DNA of 64,000 nt from an uncultured Candidatus Saccharibacteria bacterium (GTDB lineage Bacteria > Patescibacteriota > Minisyncoccia > Phycocordibacterales > CAIZLB01). The notes below the pieces were generated by a model, which did not search any database, was not told the DNA's origin, and worked only from the letters and a program-made list of their open reading frames with translations. Below are positions 35,562-45,149 of this stretch, in pieces. Position numbers and translations under genes: made by a program. Where the stretch lies: the NCBI GenBank assembly GCA_964368945.1, contig CAYJDM010000002.1, positions 21,386-85,385 of the forward strand. The letters run 5' to 3'. Position 1 is the first letter of the stretch. Each line of letters opens with the position of its first letter.

Positions 35562-36515
35562 TTATTCTATCGGTTCTCGGTATGGATCCATCGGTCGAGC
35601 CTTCTCGGATTGCGGAACGATTTTATATGATTCCTTCGTGACAGAGCCGGTGATTCCGCTGAGCTTATCGCCCATGCTCGCGCCGATATTCGGAGTCGTC
35701 GATGGCATTGGCGCCTGAGGCTTGAATGGATCGATTATGTTTTCGGTATTCGTGCTTAGGTCAAGGCTGTCTGCGAGTGATGTGCCTATCGCCTGAGAAG
35801 GTGTCGCTGGTGTTGTCGATGTGGCAGGTGCGGCGGGCGCAGGCGCTGTTGGTGAGACCGAGACTTCGTCAGTGGGAGTCAAAATGCCGCGAAGGATATC
35901 TGATGTGCTTGGCTTTGATTTTGGCAAAACGAATTCCGGCTGAGCGATGCTCGGTGTCGGGTTTTCGATTTCGTTCAGAAGCTGCTTTGCGTCGGTATGC
36001 GGGACGTCTTGGATCGGCTCATCTGCATTGCCTGATAATATCTGAGCAGTCGGTGTCTTGAAGGACGGCAAAGGATTGCCTACTGGCATCTGGGAGAACA
36101 TATTCTCGATGAATATTTGTGATGCGGGATCAGTATTCATCGGATATGTCTTCAATTCACTCGAAAGGTCTTTGAAAACTTCATTGTATATTGTATCAAG
36201 GGCATTTGAAACATCTTCATACTCGACCGCGTTCTCTATGATCGTGTTCACGGATGTATTGATAGGGGTTTTGCCTAAGAGCACATCGTTTAACGTCTCA
36301 GTTATGTTTTGTAAGTCAATGTTTGAGAGCGTTATGTCGTTTGATTTTAGGGAAGATAAAATCTTTTCACGCAAGGTTACCGAAGCAATCAAAAGCTTTG
36401 GATTGGGTTTAATTTTGTTGATCGATTTTTCTTCATTCATATATGTGCTTTTAAGAAGATTTTGAGTTAGCTCGCGCCAAATCAGATTCAAGACGTGCCA
36501 TTCGGCGAGTGACAT
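35562..36515 (-). CDS. Hypothetical protein with a Pro/Thr/Ala-rich C-terminal region (T4SS-like operon). The start is probably at 36440.
   Basis: The ORF is long and lies in an operon context. It contains the low-complexity stretch PTAPAPAAPATSTTPATPS. Confidence 0.4.
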   Translation of the reverse strand: MSLAEWHVLNLIWRELTQNLLKSTYMNEEKSINKIKPNPKLLIASVTLREKILSSLKSNDITLSNIDLQNITETLNDVLLGKTPINTSVNTIIENAVEYEDVSNALDTIYNEVFKDLSSELKTYPMNTDPASQIFIENMFSQMPVGNPLPSFKTPTAQILSGNADEPIQDVPHTDAKQLLNEIENPTPSIAQPEFVLPKSKPSTSDILRGILTPTDEVSVSPTAPAPAAPATSTTPATPSQAIGTSLADSLDLSTNTENIIDPFKPQAPMPSTTPNIGASMGDKLSGITGSVTKESYKIVPQSEKARPMDPYREPIE

Positions 36516-39183
36516 CGTTGAGCTTTTTCATATGCTCATCGAGCTCATCCATCTGATCCTGCCAATGTTCTGCAGCAGCGATCTTTGAAGGATCTGTATC
36601 CGCGAGTGCTTTAACCGCATCGAATCTTGTTTCGGCCTTTTTGACCTCAGCTTCCCATCGGTTCTTTGTTGAAATGAAGGCTGGGTTTTCGAGAAGGGCT
36701 TTCTCTTCTTTCGCAAGATCTGAGAGCTGATCCTCAATACCCTTGACGCTGCCTTTGTTTCCTGTGCGTGCTTTTTTAACCGCGGCCAGTCGGGATGCAC
36801 CGGAAATCCCGCCGATTCGCTTTGCATTGAATTCTGCAGAATCAAAAGCCTCCTTTTCGAATCTCTTGTTATCGCCGACATTGTCCTTGTTATATTTGCT
36901 GATTCCACCTGCGCTTTTTGGACGAGCGACGACTTTCTTTACTGAAGGATCTTTTGCGTCTGGAACACGGATATAGTCGATTCCAAGGCGATCGAAATGA
37001 GCCGCCTTCTTATCCTCTTCCTGTCTGTCCTTTCGTGATTTGAACTCCTTTTCATCCTCTCGCCCCAATAATCGTCGCGGCGCCTTGATTTCAGAGAATC
37101 GATCGCGCGTCTTTTCATCACGAGCCTCTCGTGCTTTCTTCGCCTCAGTCAGGCTTGCTCCTCCGACTTTCACATCCTTGAGGTCGCCGATTTTATTATA
37201 CAAATACTGTCCGCCAATATGCTTCAACGGGCTTCTTGCGAGAAGCGTTTGAACGGCTTTGCTTTGCGAGAGCGTATTTCCCAAACCGCCGACCGCTCGC
37301 CTGCCGACATATCCGCCGACGCCGAATCCGTCCATTGCAAAAGCCTTCGCTTTTTTCTTGAAGCCATCTGCGAATTTGAAGCTATCAGCGAATTGATCTG
37401 CGGCGAGCTGTGTACCGAGCATCAATCCGATGATCATGATGAACCAGAATAGAGTTCCTGTTCCAGACACATTTCCCTGGAACAATGATGCAAAGCCAGA
37501 AAGGCCGACGCCAGAGTTGATGCCAGTCTGATCAGGGCCGACTCCTTTTCCAAAGACGATCAATGCAACGACATAGAAGATCGCCATATACGCCGGAGCG
37601 AATAAGAGATTGTCTTTCAATCGGCCTTGCCATTTGCTAGCCGCTCCTTTGAGCGGAGGAATGGCGCCACCGACGAAGCCGACAGGCGAAAGAATCATCA
37701 AGAAGATGAGCACGATTGATCTATAGAGGAATCGAATCGTTGCCATGAACATGGTAAATGCCGTGATGAGAATGAATGTTCCTCCTCCGAGGCAAACGAT
37801 GATGAGCTGGCCTGGGGTATTGATCGTTCCAAATTGGCTTGCGTCAGCAACGGTTTTATCTTTGTTTGTCCAAATAGTCTTCAGTCCCATGGCATTGACG
37901 ATACCGATTGAGATTCCGCCATCCCAGTCATTGCCATTCTCATCGCCTCGAGTAAGGGCGCCGTCGCTGCTATTGGCTATGTCTGCCGCAGCCAAGACGC
38001 GGGTATAGAATTGCAAGGCTATCAGATTGGATACGTCGATGACCGCTTTTGTGAAAAAGAGGCTGAAGTTCAATAAGAGAGCTGCGATCACCACCTTTAT
38101 GATGGTCTGTTTTACTCCATATCCATCCAATCCCAATATCGTCGCTATGCCGGCATACAATAGTATGAAAATGAATCCGACATTAATAAGATCTCGAATC
38201 GCTGACCAGCCGAGATAGATGGGTCCATTTCCTGCATTGCCCAATCCCTCATCGCGGATGAACTTTCCGAAGTTGAGAGTAAAGTCGATGCTGTAATTGA
38301 ATGCGACGCCAGCAGCCCAAAGAACCCAAGAGCTAGGCTTGAGGAATCCATAATATAATCCGAGAGCGATACATCCCTGGAAGCTGAAGTCTGGCAATGC
38401 TGATGCCAAGATGCCGTCCCCGTTCATGACAGAAGAAGAGCTTTCCCTGACGCAGTAAATAGGCTCATTTGCCATTCTCGCCGCAAAAGCTTCCTGTGCT
38501 TTGAGTCGTGCCATGACAGCGTCTTGATTCGCAATTATTGAACCTTCTGGTTTATTGATGGTATCTTTTATTGCCTGTGATGACGAGGCATTGATTATTT
38601 TGAACTTCTCAAAAACATCAAGCTTGGCGGCAAGCAAGGCGTTCCTGGCCTTTTCGTATTCCAAAGCCTGCGCCTTTAATTTTGGGTCCGCATTGATTTC
38701 GGCCGTGCTCTTTCTTTGGAAATTCAAATCATACGCCTTAGTCGCTTCGTCTTTTGTAAGCGCATCCAGTTTCAGGAACGCCGCGTATGACGCATCTTTT
38801 GCGAGCTGATATGCTGTTGCATAATTCTGCTTCGCAGGATCATACTGCTGCTGATAGACCCGGGCGAATACGCTTGATGCGGCATTCTCGCCGCTATATA
38901 CCGTTCCGTCTGCGCTACGGCCTGTTAGCTCATAGATATTCTTCTCATATGCTGCCTGTATGGAATCCTCTCTGCTCGGAGCGCCTTCGCCAAATAAGAA
39001 ATTATAAGCCGATACCGTCGGAGCGGCAATGATATCAAGAGCGCTCTGTGCCTGCGCAATTCGCGCAGTAGACGAAGAAAAAAGCCCAAATACCGAAAAA
39101 ACCAAGCAAGAAAGCGCTATTCCGTATCTGAAAGCACGGTTCTTGCCGCTATGGTTTTCTTTGGGAGAATCGAATCTATTCAT
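36451..39183 (-). CDS. VirB6/TrbL-like polytopic T4SS membrane protein with an N-terminal secreted domain and a ~320-aa highly charged coiled-coil C-terminal tail
   Basis: A signal peptide is followed by a central block of at least six transmembrane helices (WVLWAAGVAFNYSIDF..., FIFILLYAGIATILGL..., IIKVVIAALLLNFSLFF..., etc.). The K/E/R/D-rich tail runs DEKTRDRFSEIKAPRRLLGREDEKEFKSRKDRQEEDKK... Confidence 0.6.
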   Translation of the reverse strand: MNRFDSPKENHSGKNRAFRYGIALSCLVFSVFGLFSSSTARIAQAQSALDIIAAPTVSAYNFLFGEGAPSREDSIQAAYEKNIYELTGRSADGTVYSGENAASSVFARVYQQQYDPAKQNYATAYQLAKDASYAAFLKLDALTKDEATKAYDLNFQRKSTAEINADPKLKAQALEYEKARNALLAAKLDVFEKFKIINASSSQAIKDTINKPEGSIIANQDAVMARLKAQEAFAARMANEPIYCVRESSSSVMNGDGILASALPDFSFQGCIALGLYYGFLKPSSWVLWAAGVAFNYSIDFTLNFGKFIRDEGLGNAGNGPIYLGWSAIRDLINVGFIFILLYAGIATILGLDGYGVKQTIIKVVIAALLLNFSLFFTKAVIDVSNLIALQFYTRVLAAADIANSSDGALTRGDENGNDWDGGISIGIVNAMGLKTIWTNKDKTVADASQFGTINTPGQLIIVCLGGGTFILITAFTMFMATIRFLYRSIVLIFLMILSPVGFVGGAIPPLKGAASKWQGRLKDNLLFAPAYMAIFYVVALIVFGKGVGPDQTGINSGVGLSGFASLFQGNVSGTGTLFWFIMIIGLMLGTQLAADQFADSFKFADGFKKKAKAFAMDGFGVGGYVGRRAVGGLGNTLSQSKAVQTLLARSPLKHIGGQYLYNKIGDLKDVKVGGASLTEAKKAREARDEKTRDRFSEIKAPRRLLGREDEKEFKSRKDRQEEDKKAAHFDRLGIDYIRVPDAKDPSVKKVVARPKSAGGISKYNKDNVGDNKRFEKEAFDSAEFNAKRIGGISGASRLAAVKKARTGNKGSVKGIEDQLSDLAKEEKALLENPAFISTKNRWEAEVKKAETRFDAVKALADTDPSKIAAAEHWQDQMDELDEHMKKLNDVTRRMARLESDLARANSKSS

Positions 39184-39201
39184 GAGGAGCTTACTCTTAC
39201 C

Positions 39202-40569
39202 TTACTTCGTTAACACTTTGTTCAATGCAACCTTGATCAGATTGTTTACGATTGCCGTAATCATCTGATCGAATTTCTGTGCCATCACCAATCTGTTCTT
39301 GCTCTGATCGAGCGTGCTGTTGAGCTGAGATTCAATCAATCTTCCTGGCGTAACTATATCACATGTCTTGCTATCGTTCGGATCCTTGCACTTCTTGAAG
39401 TTGAGCCACCCATTATTCATTCCTACTTCCAACTGAACTGAATTCTGCTGTCGGCTGACTCCTGCATAGAATGCTTGGTTCGCCGCTATCGTTGCTCCGT
39501 ATGGATTGTTTTTATCATTCTGAGTCACGCTTATCCAGTCATCCCATGTGATATTTCCCGGTCTGGCCGCAGTCGATACCTTGCTTCCTCCTACGCTCGT
39601 CGTGACTCCTCCAAAGAATCTGCCGCTCGTTATATCCGATAATCCGCAAGTCATCCATGCACTCCCTCCATTTCCTCCAGTACCGCTATAATTCTGAGCC
39701 AGTCCAATCGCGATATTGACTCGGAAAGGCTGACAGACATTGACTCCAGTCGCTCCATAAGCGATATCTCTGATGATTGATCCTGCAGCCTTGTCTGCTA
39801 TTGATTTGAAAAAACGATCAGGGTTCTGGATAAAGGCCGGCTTGCCATTGAATCCGGAATTGGCCCAAGCAATGGTTGAGTTGGCGATCTGCTCGATCAT
39901 CGCATTGACGATGCACCAAGCGACCGCATCCCAGCTCACCCCCGTATATGTGGCGCCGATCGTATATGAACCGCTATGCGCTCGGGCATCTCCTACGATA
40001 TGCTGCCCAACCTGGCCTTTTTCCTCTACGGGCACTCGCGGAAGGATGATGCTTACCGCTGCATTGGCAACGGTTCCTCCGATGAAGTTGGATATCGCAT
40101 TTCGAATGGATGTGGCTAGGATATTGCCCAAAAGCGTTCCGACGGCGCATTGAGCCGCTCCTCCTGCAACTCCTCCCGCGCTAGCACCTCCGGCAGCGCC
40201 TCCTCCGGTTCCTTGATCCACTGCCCCCCCTACCGTCTGAACCATGCCGTTTTCATCTACATACTGAAATGCACCCGTTGTCGCAGAGCTGGGAAGGATG
40301 CTTCCTGGGGGAAGAGTGCTTTTGGTTCCGGCGCTTGCTCCGGCATTGGCGCCTGAAGCGGGAGTCAATGTCCCAGCTGTTCGAGTTGGCGGCGTAAGCG
40401 ATCCAGCCGTCTGCGCAAAAGCGACTCGAGGCAAGATGAATGCATTTATGAAAAGAATGCTTACGATCAATGAGACGGTGAGAGTCTTTTTTGCCCCAAT
40501 TCTCATTACCCTGCCGCATATTCGTGCAGCTTGAGAAAGGCGATGGGAGAAATATCGTGATTGTTTCAT
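39202..40569 (-). CDS. Secreted glycine/alanine-rich protein (T4SS-like operon), a possible surface or pilus-associated component
   Basis: A signal peptide (LIVSILFINAFILPRVAFAQ) is followed by Gly-rich tracts (GGGAAGGASAGGVAGGAAQ). Confidence 0.45.
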   Translation of the reverse strand: MKQSRYFSHRLSQAARICGRVMRIGAKKTLTVSLIVSILFINAFILPRVAFAQTAGSLTPPTRTAGTLTPASGANAGASAGTKSTLPPGSILPSSATTGAFQYVDENGMVQTVGGAVDQGTGGGAAGGASAGGVAGGAAQCAVGTLLGNILATSIRNAISNFIGGTVANAAVSIILPRVPVEEKGQVGQHIVGDARAHSGSYTIGATYTGVSWDAVAWCIVNAMIEQIANSTIAWANSGFNGKPAFIQNPDRFFKSIADKAAGSIIRDIAYGATGVNVCQPFRVNIAIGLAQNYSGTGGNGGSAWMTCGLSDITSGRFFGGVTTSVGGSKVSTAARPGNITWDDWISVTQNDKNNPYGATIAANQAFYAGVSRQQNSVQLEVGMNNGWLNFKKCKDPNDSKTCDIVTPGRLIESQLNSTLDQSKNRLVMAQKFDQMITAIVNNLIKVALNKVLTK

Positions 40570-41417
40570 TGTTCAGCGACAGTCAGGCGCGGCCAAATTA
40601 ATCCAGCCTCATTATCGGAATACAGTATATCATTTTGCTCGAAGTAGCTGTTGATTTCTCCGGCCGCTTTCGTCAGATTCTTGCTAGATTCTTCCGCAGT
40701 TCGAATAGAAAGCAATGCTCTGAGAGGATCAACCTTCTCTTGAGTTGCCAAAACGTCCAATGAATCACCGAACATCACATATGCATTCGCCAAATTGAGA
40801 TGCGATTGCGCCAAAGCCGCAGGAACCTTGATCTGTATGAGCGCCTGCCCGATTTGCTTATGGAGACGAGCTACTTTTCTTAGGTCGTTGTCTGCATATT
40901 CAGGCGTGCCTAGCAATAGATAGTTGTTTTTGATGACAGTGCCGGCATCATTGCCGTACTTTTTGACCTCATCATTCGTCATTGGGACAAAAAGCTGCAC
41001 ATTATTAAGGCTATATGCCACCTTTGGGAGATTTGAAACGTCTATCTGTCCTATCACTGAGTTGGCGATAGAGGCATCATCATCGCTCCTTTGCCCGCTC
41101 TCCCTTTCTGCATATGTTAGGAATATGCTCTTTGCGAACGAATCCGTCATGGTATCCGTTGGCTTTGGGGTAAAAGGATTATCGTCCGTTCCCGATGCCG
41201 TTTCATCTGATTCGATATTTTCCAGCGCGGCTTGCAATAGGGCATTGCTTGGATCAGTCGGCTTAAAATCTACATATACGGCGCCGGTCTTTCGTCGCTC
41301 TTCATTCAGAACTTTTCGCGCTTCCCCGATCTTATACGCGCCCAAACTCGCGATGACTGATAGGCAGATCGCGCTCAATATCAAGATCTTATTGCTGGGA
41401 ACTTTTGACGTGGCCAA
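40566..41417 (-). CDS. Membrane-anchored hypothetical protein, the first gene of the T4SS-like gene block
   Basis: An N-terminal transmembrane helix (ILILSAICLSVIASLGAY) is followed by a soluble domain. Confidence 0.4.
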   Translation of the reverse strand: MATSKVPSNKILILSAICLSVIASLGAYKIGEARKVLNEERRKTGAVYVDFKPTDPSNALLQAALENIESDETASGTDDNPFTPKPTDTMTDSFAKSIFLTYAERESGQRSDDDASIANSVIGQIDVSNLPKVAYSLNNVQLFVPMTNDEVKKYGNDAGTVIKNNYLLLGTPEYADNDLRKVARLHKQIGQALIQIKVPAALAQSHLNLANAYVMFGDSLDVLATQEKVDPLRALLSIRTAEESSKNLTKAAGEINSYFEQNDILYSDNEAGLIWPRLTVAEQ

Positions 41418-41439
41418 GATGCAATTAGTATAGCATCGT

Positions 41440-42408
41440 CTATATGTTTTTGGCGATCATTTCTGTGATTTCAAACCACTTTTCCGTGCTGATTTCTTCC
41501 GCTCGGGTATTGTCCGGGTTTTCCGGAGTCCTTGTAGCTTCTCCAAAGATCTGGTTTATGATTTTGGCCGTATTTTCCGCGCTGATTCCTTTTTTTGATA
41601 AATATTCCTTGAGGTTTCCAGATAATTTCTTGCGCTTATGAGCGAACCCGGCTTTCATGACCTCGAAAAACATATCTTCGCTGATGCCGGATTCAATGAA
41701 GCTCTGGTTAGATATGTCCGAAATGCATATTGCAGCAGAGTCCACCCTGGGCGCAGGCACGAAATTGCCTCTGACTACGGTAAATAAATATTCTGCCCGG
41801 CCATATGCGCTGATGCTTTCGGCGAGGATATTGCTCTTTGCTCGGCCAGCCTTGCCCGATCCGCTCTCTTCCTTGCGCGTAATTCGCTCGGCAACCTCTT
41901 TTTGGACCAGGAAAATGGCCTTTTTTGGCTTGATTTCATCCTCGAGGACCTTACGGATGATGGCTCCGGTTATATAATAAGGTATATTCGCGATGATTTT
42001 ATAGGAAAAACCTTCGGTTTTTTTGCTCGTGGCCTTATTCTTAGCCATTTTCTCTGATTTCGCCTCTTTTTTGAAAATTTCCGCGATTTCTAGCTCTAGG
42101 AAGTCCCCCTCTATGATCTCAAGAGTGCCAGATTCAATTTCAGCCTTAAATTTAGCCTCCAAAATAGGAATAGCCCTGCGGTCCTTCTCGATTACTATCA
42201 ATTTCGCTCCATCTCCTGCCGCCTTTACCTTTTCCAGGATAATCGAAGTCATCGCCCCAGTTCCAGGGCCAATTTCAAGGATATAATCTCCTTTCTGTAT
42301 GTCTCCAGCATCGACTATTTTCTCGATAATTGTCGTATTTTTGAGAAAATTCTGCCCGAGGCTCTTTTTTGCTTCGATTTCGAACATTGTGCCCATAGTA
42401 TACCTCAC
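41440..42408 (-). CDS. rsmA: 16S rRNA (adenine1518-N6/adenine1519-N6)-dimethyltransferase RsmA/KsgA, with an internal insertion
   Basis: LGQNFLKNTTIIEKIV...ILEIGPGTGAMTSII is the SAM-binding motif I. The pattern ANIPYYIT is also present. Confidence 0.9.
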   Translation of the reverse strand: MRYTMGTMFEIEAKKSLGQNFLKNTTIIEKIVDAGDIQKGDYILEIGPGTGAMTSIILEKVKAAGDGAKLIVIEKDRRAIPILEAKFKAEIESGTLEIIEGDFLELEIAEIFKKEAKSEKMAKNKATSKKTEGFSYKIIANIPYYITGAIIRKVLEDEIKPKKAIFLVQKEVAERITRKEESGSGKAGRAKSNILAESISAYGRAEYLFTVVRGNFVPAPRVDSAAICISDISNQSFIESGISEDMFFEVMKAGFAHKRKKLSGNLKEYLSKKGISAENTAKIINQIFGEATRTPENPDNTRAEEISTEKWFEITEMIAKNI

Positions 42409-42435
42409 ATAGGCAAAACGCCGATATGTTCCAGA

Positions 42436-44727
42436 TTAGAACTCAATCAGCCTAGATAGCAGGCCATCTCCGAAGTCGCCGCCGAATCGGTTCTCCCCGC
42501 TTCCGCCGCTCGGATTCTCGGTCTTGATAAGCTCTGGATTGATGTCCTCAATGAAAGGCGAAATCTGATTGAATACCTTGCTTCCGAAGATGGTTCGGAT
42601 CAATGCATATGACAGATGCAATTTATGTCGAGCGCGTGTGAGCGCGACATAAAACAGCCGGCGCTCTTCTTCTGCATCTTCTGGCGCAGCATTCTTTGCT
42701 TCTTCATTGCCTCCATGTCGCACATGCGGAAAGAGATCCTGCTCCAAACCGGTTATGAAGACATGATCAAATTCGAGCCCTTTCGATGCATGAACGGTCA
42801 TGAGCTTTACGCATGGCCCCTTCTTGTTCTTGTCGTCGATCGTATCCTGCTCGCCGAGAAGCGAAACGTCTTCAATGAATTTCTCGAGCTTCCATAAATG
42901 ACTTTCTGGCTTGTCAGCGATTTCGCCCGCATTCCCTTCGCTTTCTTTTTTCGCTGCAGCTCCTACGTTTTCAAAAGGAGATTCGAATGCTTCGTTGCCT
43001 TCCAGTCCTGCCCATGGATCAGTCTCCGGCTCTGAATCGCCTTCAGCCGCAATCTCCGCATAATCATGCTCGGGCTCAGAATGCGATGGCGGCGGCATTA
43101 TTGAAGACGGAATGTTTTTATCCAATTCTGATTTCTCCGGAACGATCTCATCATAGCGCTTCGCAAGCGATACGACTTCGCGCGCATTTTCCAATCGCTC
43201 TTCATCATCTTCGTTTTTCAATTCGGTTTCTATGCCAGATCGCGACAATGCATACTTCACGGTTTCGCTCGGCACATGAGAGATCGCATATGATCTGATA
43301 TCCGAAATTATCGTGAAGAAATTATTCACCTTCATGCGGAATGAATCTGCGAGCTCATTCGTTTTTCCTTCGAGAACTTTGAGAACGGTAGTCTTGCCAA
43401 TTCCTCTCACAGGCGTATTGATGACGCGCTTTATATCAGCGCTCGAATCGGGGTTGAGAGCGAGTTTTATATAGGACAAAACGTCCTTTACTTCCTTGCG
43501 ATCGAAGAATTTCGTGCCAAGGACATGATATGGAATATTTCTAAAAAGACATGCATCTTCAAGCGTTCGCGATTGGAAATTCGCGCGATAGAGAATCGCG
43601 ATTTCGTCAGCATTAACTCCTTTCGCAAGCAATGATTCGATTGTCGCGCCGATCTTATTCGCTTCATCTCCCTCATCCATCGCTGCGTATAGAGAAATCT
43701 TTTCTCCTGCATCATTCGAAGTGAATAGATTTTTTTCCTTTCGAAAAACATTCTTGGCGATCACATCGTTGGCTGCCTCAAGAATATTCTTAGTCGATCG
43801 ATAGTTTTCTTCGAGCAAGATCATTTCCCCATTTGGGAAATCCTTTTCGAATCTGAGCATATTCGCGATTCGCGCGCCTCTCCAACCATAAATCGCCTGA
43901 TCGATATCTCCTACCACCGCGATATTATGCGCAGGCCCGCAAAGCAATTCCGCGATTCGATACTGAACCGCATTCGTATCCTGGTACTCATCGATATGAA
44001 TATATTGAAAACGATTCTGATAATAGTCGCGGACATCCTTGCTCTGCTCCAAAAGAAAAACCGTCTTCTGCAAAAGATCATCGAAGTCGAGCGCCTTGTC
44101 CTTTTTCATTATGCCCTCATATTTTTCCCATGTGCTTGCTACTATCTCGCCGTAATAGTCTGGCCTTCTCTGCTTGAACTGCTCGATCGTCAGAGCATCG
44201 CCTTTCGCGCGCGAGATGGTTCCCAGAATCTTATTCGGCTCGAATTGCTTCGGATCATGCCCGAGAGAATTCAAGGCATCCTTCACTGCCTGCTTGGAAT
44301 CGGATCGATCGTAGATGGTAAAGCTTTTCGGAATTTCGATGACATGCCCGAATTTTCGGAGAATGTATACGCCGAGGGAGTGAAAAGTAGAAACGAGCGG
44401 AAATCGATTCGTCGCGACGGGGAAATTCAGCATCTTGTCGCTCTCGATGAGCTTGATCAGTCGCTCGCGCATTTCCTTAGCGGCCTTATTGGTGAAGGTT
44501 ATGGCCAAAATGCGATCCGGCTCCGTGCCCTTATGGAGCAGATTGAGGATTCGGTGCGTGAGGGTCTTGGTCTTGCCCGCTCCTGCTCCGGCCAGAATAA
44601 GGAGCGGCCCATCTGTCGTCAGGACGGCCTTTTTCTGGCGCTCGTTTAGGCCTTTTAGATAGCTCGGGACTTCGCCGGCTGGATTCATTTGGTTATCAAG
44701 GTGCTGATTCATAATTTGTTTGGCCAT
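42436..44727 (-). CDS. pcrA: ATP-dependent DNA helicase PcrA/UvrD (superfamily 1)
   Basis: LNERQKKAVLTTDGPLLILAGAGAGKTKTLTHR matches motifs I and Ia. A DEYQDTN box and a C-terminal 2B domain are present. Confidence 0.95.
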   Translation of the reverse strand: MAKQIMNQHLDNQMNPAGEVPSYLKGLNERQKKAVLTTDGPLLILAGAGAGKTKTLTHRILNLLHKGTEPDRILAITFTNKAAKEMRERLIKLIESDKMLNFPVATNRFPLVSTFHSLGVYILRKFGHVIEIPKSFTIYDRSDSKQAVKDALNSLGHDPKQFEPNKILGTISRAKGDALTIEQFKQRRPDYYGEIVASTWEKYEGIMKKDKALDFDDLLQKTVFLLEQSKDVRDYYQNRFQYIHIDEYQDTNAVQYRIAELLCGPAHNIAVVGDIDQAIYGWRGARIANMLRFEKDFPNGEMILLEENYRSTKNILEAANDVIAKNVFRKEKNLFTSNDAGEKISLYAAMDEGDEANKIGATIESLLAKGVNADEIAILYRANFQSRTLEDACLFRNIPYHVLGTKFFDRKEVKDVLSYIKLALNPDSSADIKRVINTPVRGIGKTTVLKVLEGKTNELADSFRMKVNNFFTIISDIRSYAISHVPSETVKYALSRSGIETELKNEDDEERLENAREVVSLAKRYDEIVPEKSELDKNIPSSIMPPPSHSEPEHDYAEIAAEGDSEPETDPWAGLEGNEAFESPFENVGAAAKKESEGNAGEIADKPESHLWKLEKFIEDVSLLGEQDTIDDKNKKGPCVKLMTVHASKGLEFDHVFITGLEQDLFPHVRHGGNEEAKNAAPEDAEEERRLFYVALTRARHKLHLSYALIRTIFGSKVFNQISPFIEDINPELIKTENPSGGSGENRFGGDFGDGLLSRLIEF

Positions 44728-44778
44728 TATACATTCGACTCCGTTTTTTTGACAAAAACACCCACTTCAGGTGCTGTT

Positions 44779-44812
44779 TATATCGTCGTTGACAATCTTT
44801 CCAGGTCTATTA
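44779..44812 (+). promoter_or_regulatory. Promoter TTGACA-16nt-TATTAT, about 335 nt upstream of the M23 peptidase gene
   Basis: The sequence is ttgacaatctttccaggtctattatgat. Confidence 0.5.
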
Positions 44813-45149
44813 TGATTAAGGACTACCTATGTTGTGTAGGTTAAAAGACGGCTCTAAATAAGGATATTTTCAAATGTTAATGCGAATTTCATCCAATTTT
44901 AGGCTGTAATTTCACAACCACTTCCTGAGACACCGCTGCTTTCCCGAGTTTCACCGCAAATCCACTGATATCCCGTCGCGCGCAAGTACACCCTTCCGGT
45001 CCATTCTTGGACCCATTCAAGCCGCCGACTCGTGTCTTTCGATCCTAAACTAGAAACTTATTTTAATTCCCCCACAAGACCCCCAGATTCCCATATGTAG
45101 GGAACCTGGAGCGAAATATACTGGCCGTTTTGCCATAAAAGCCATATTC

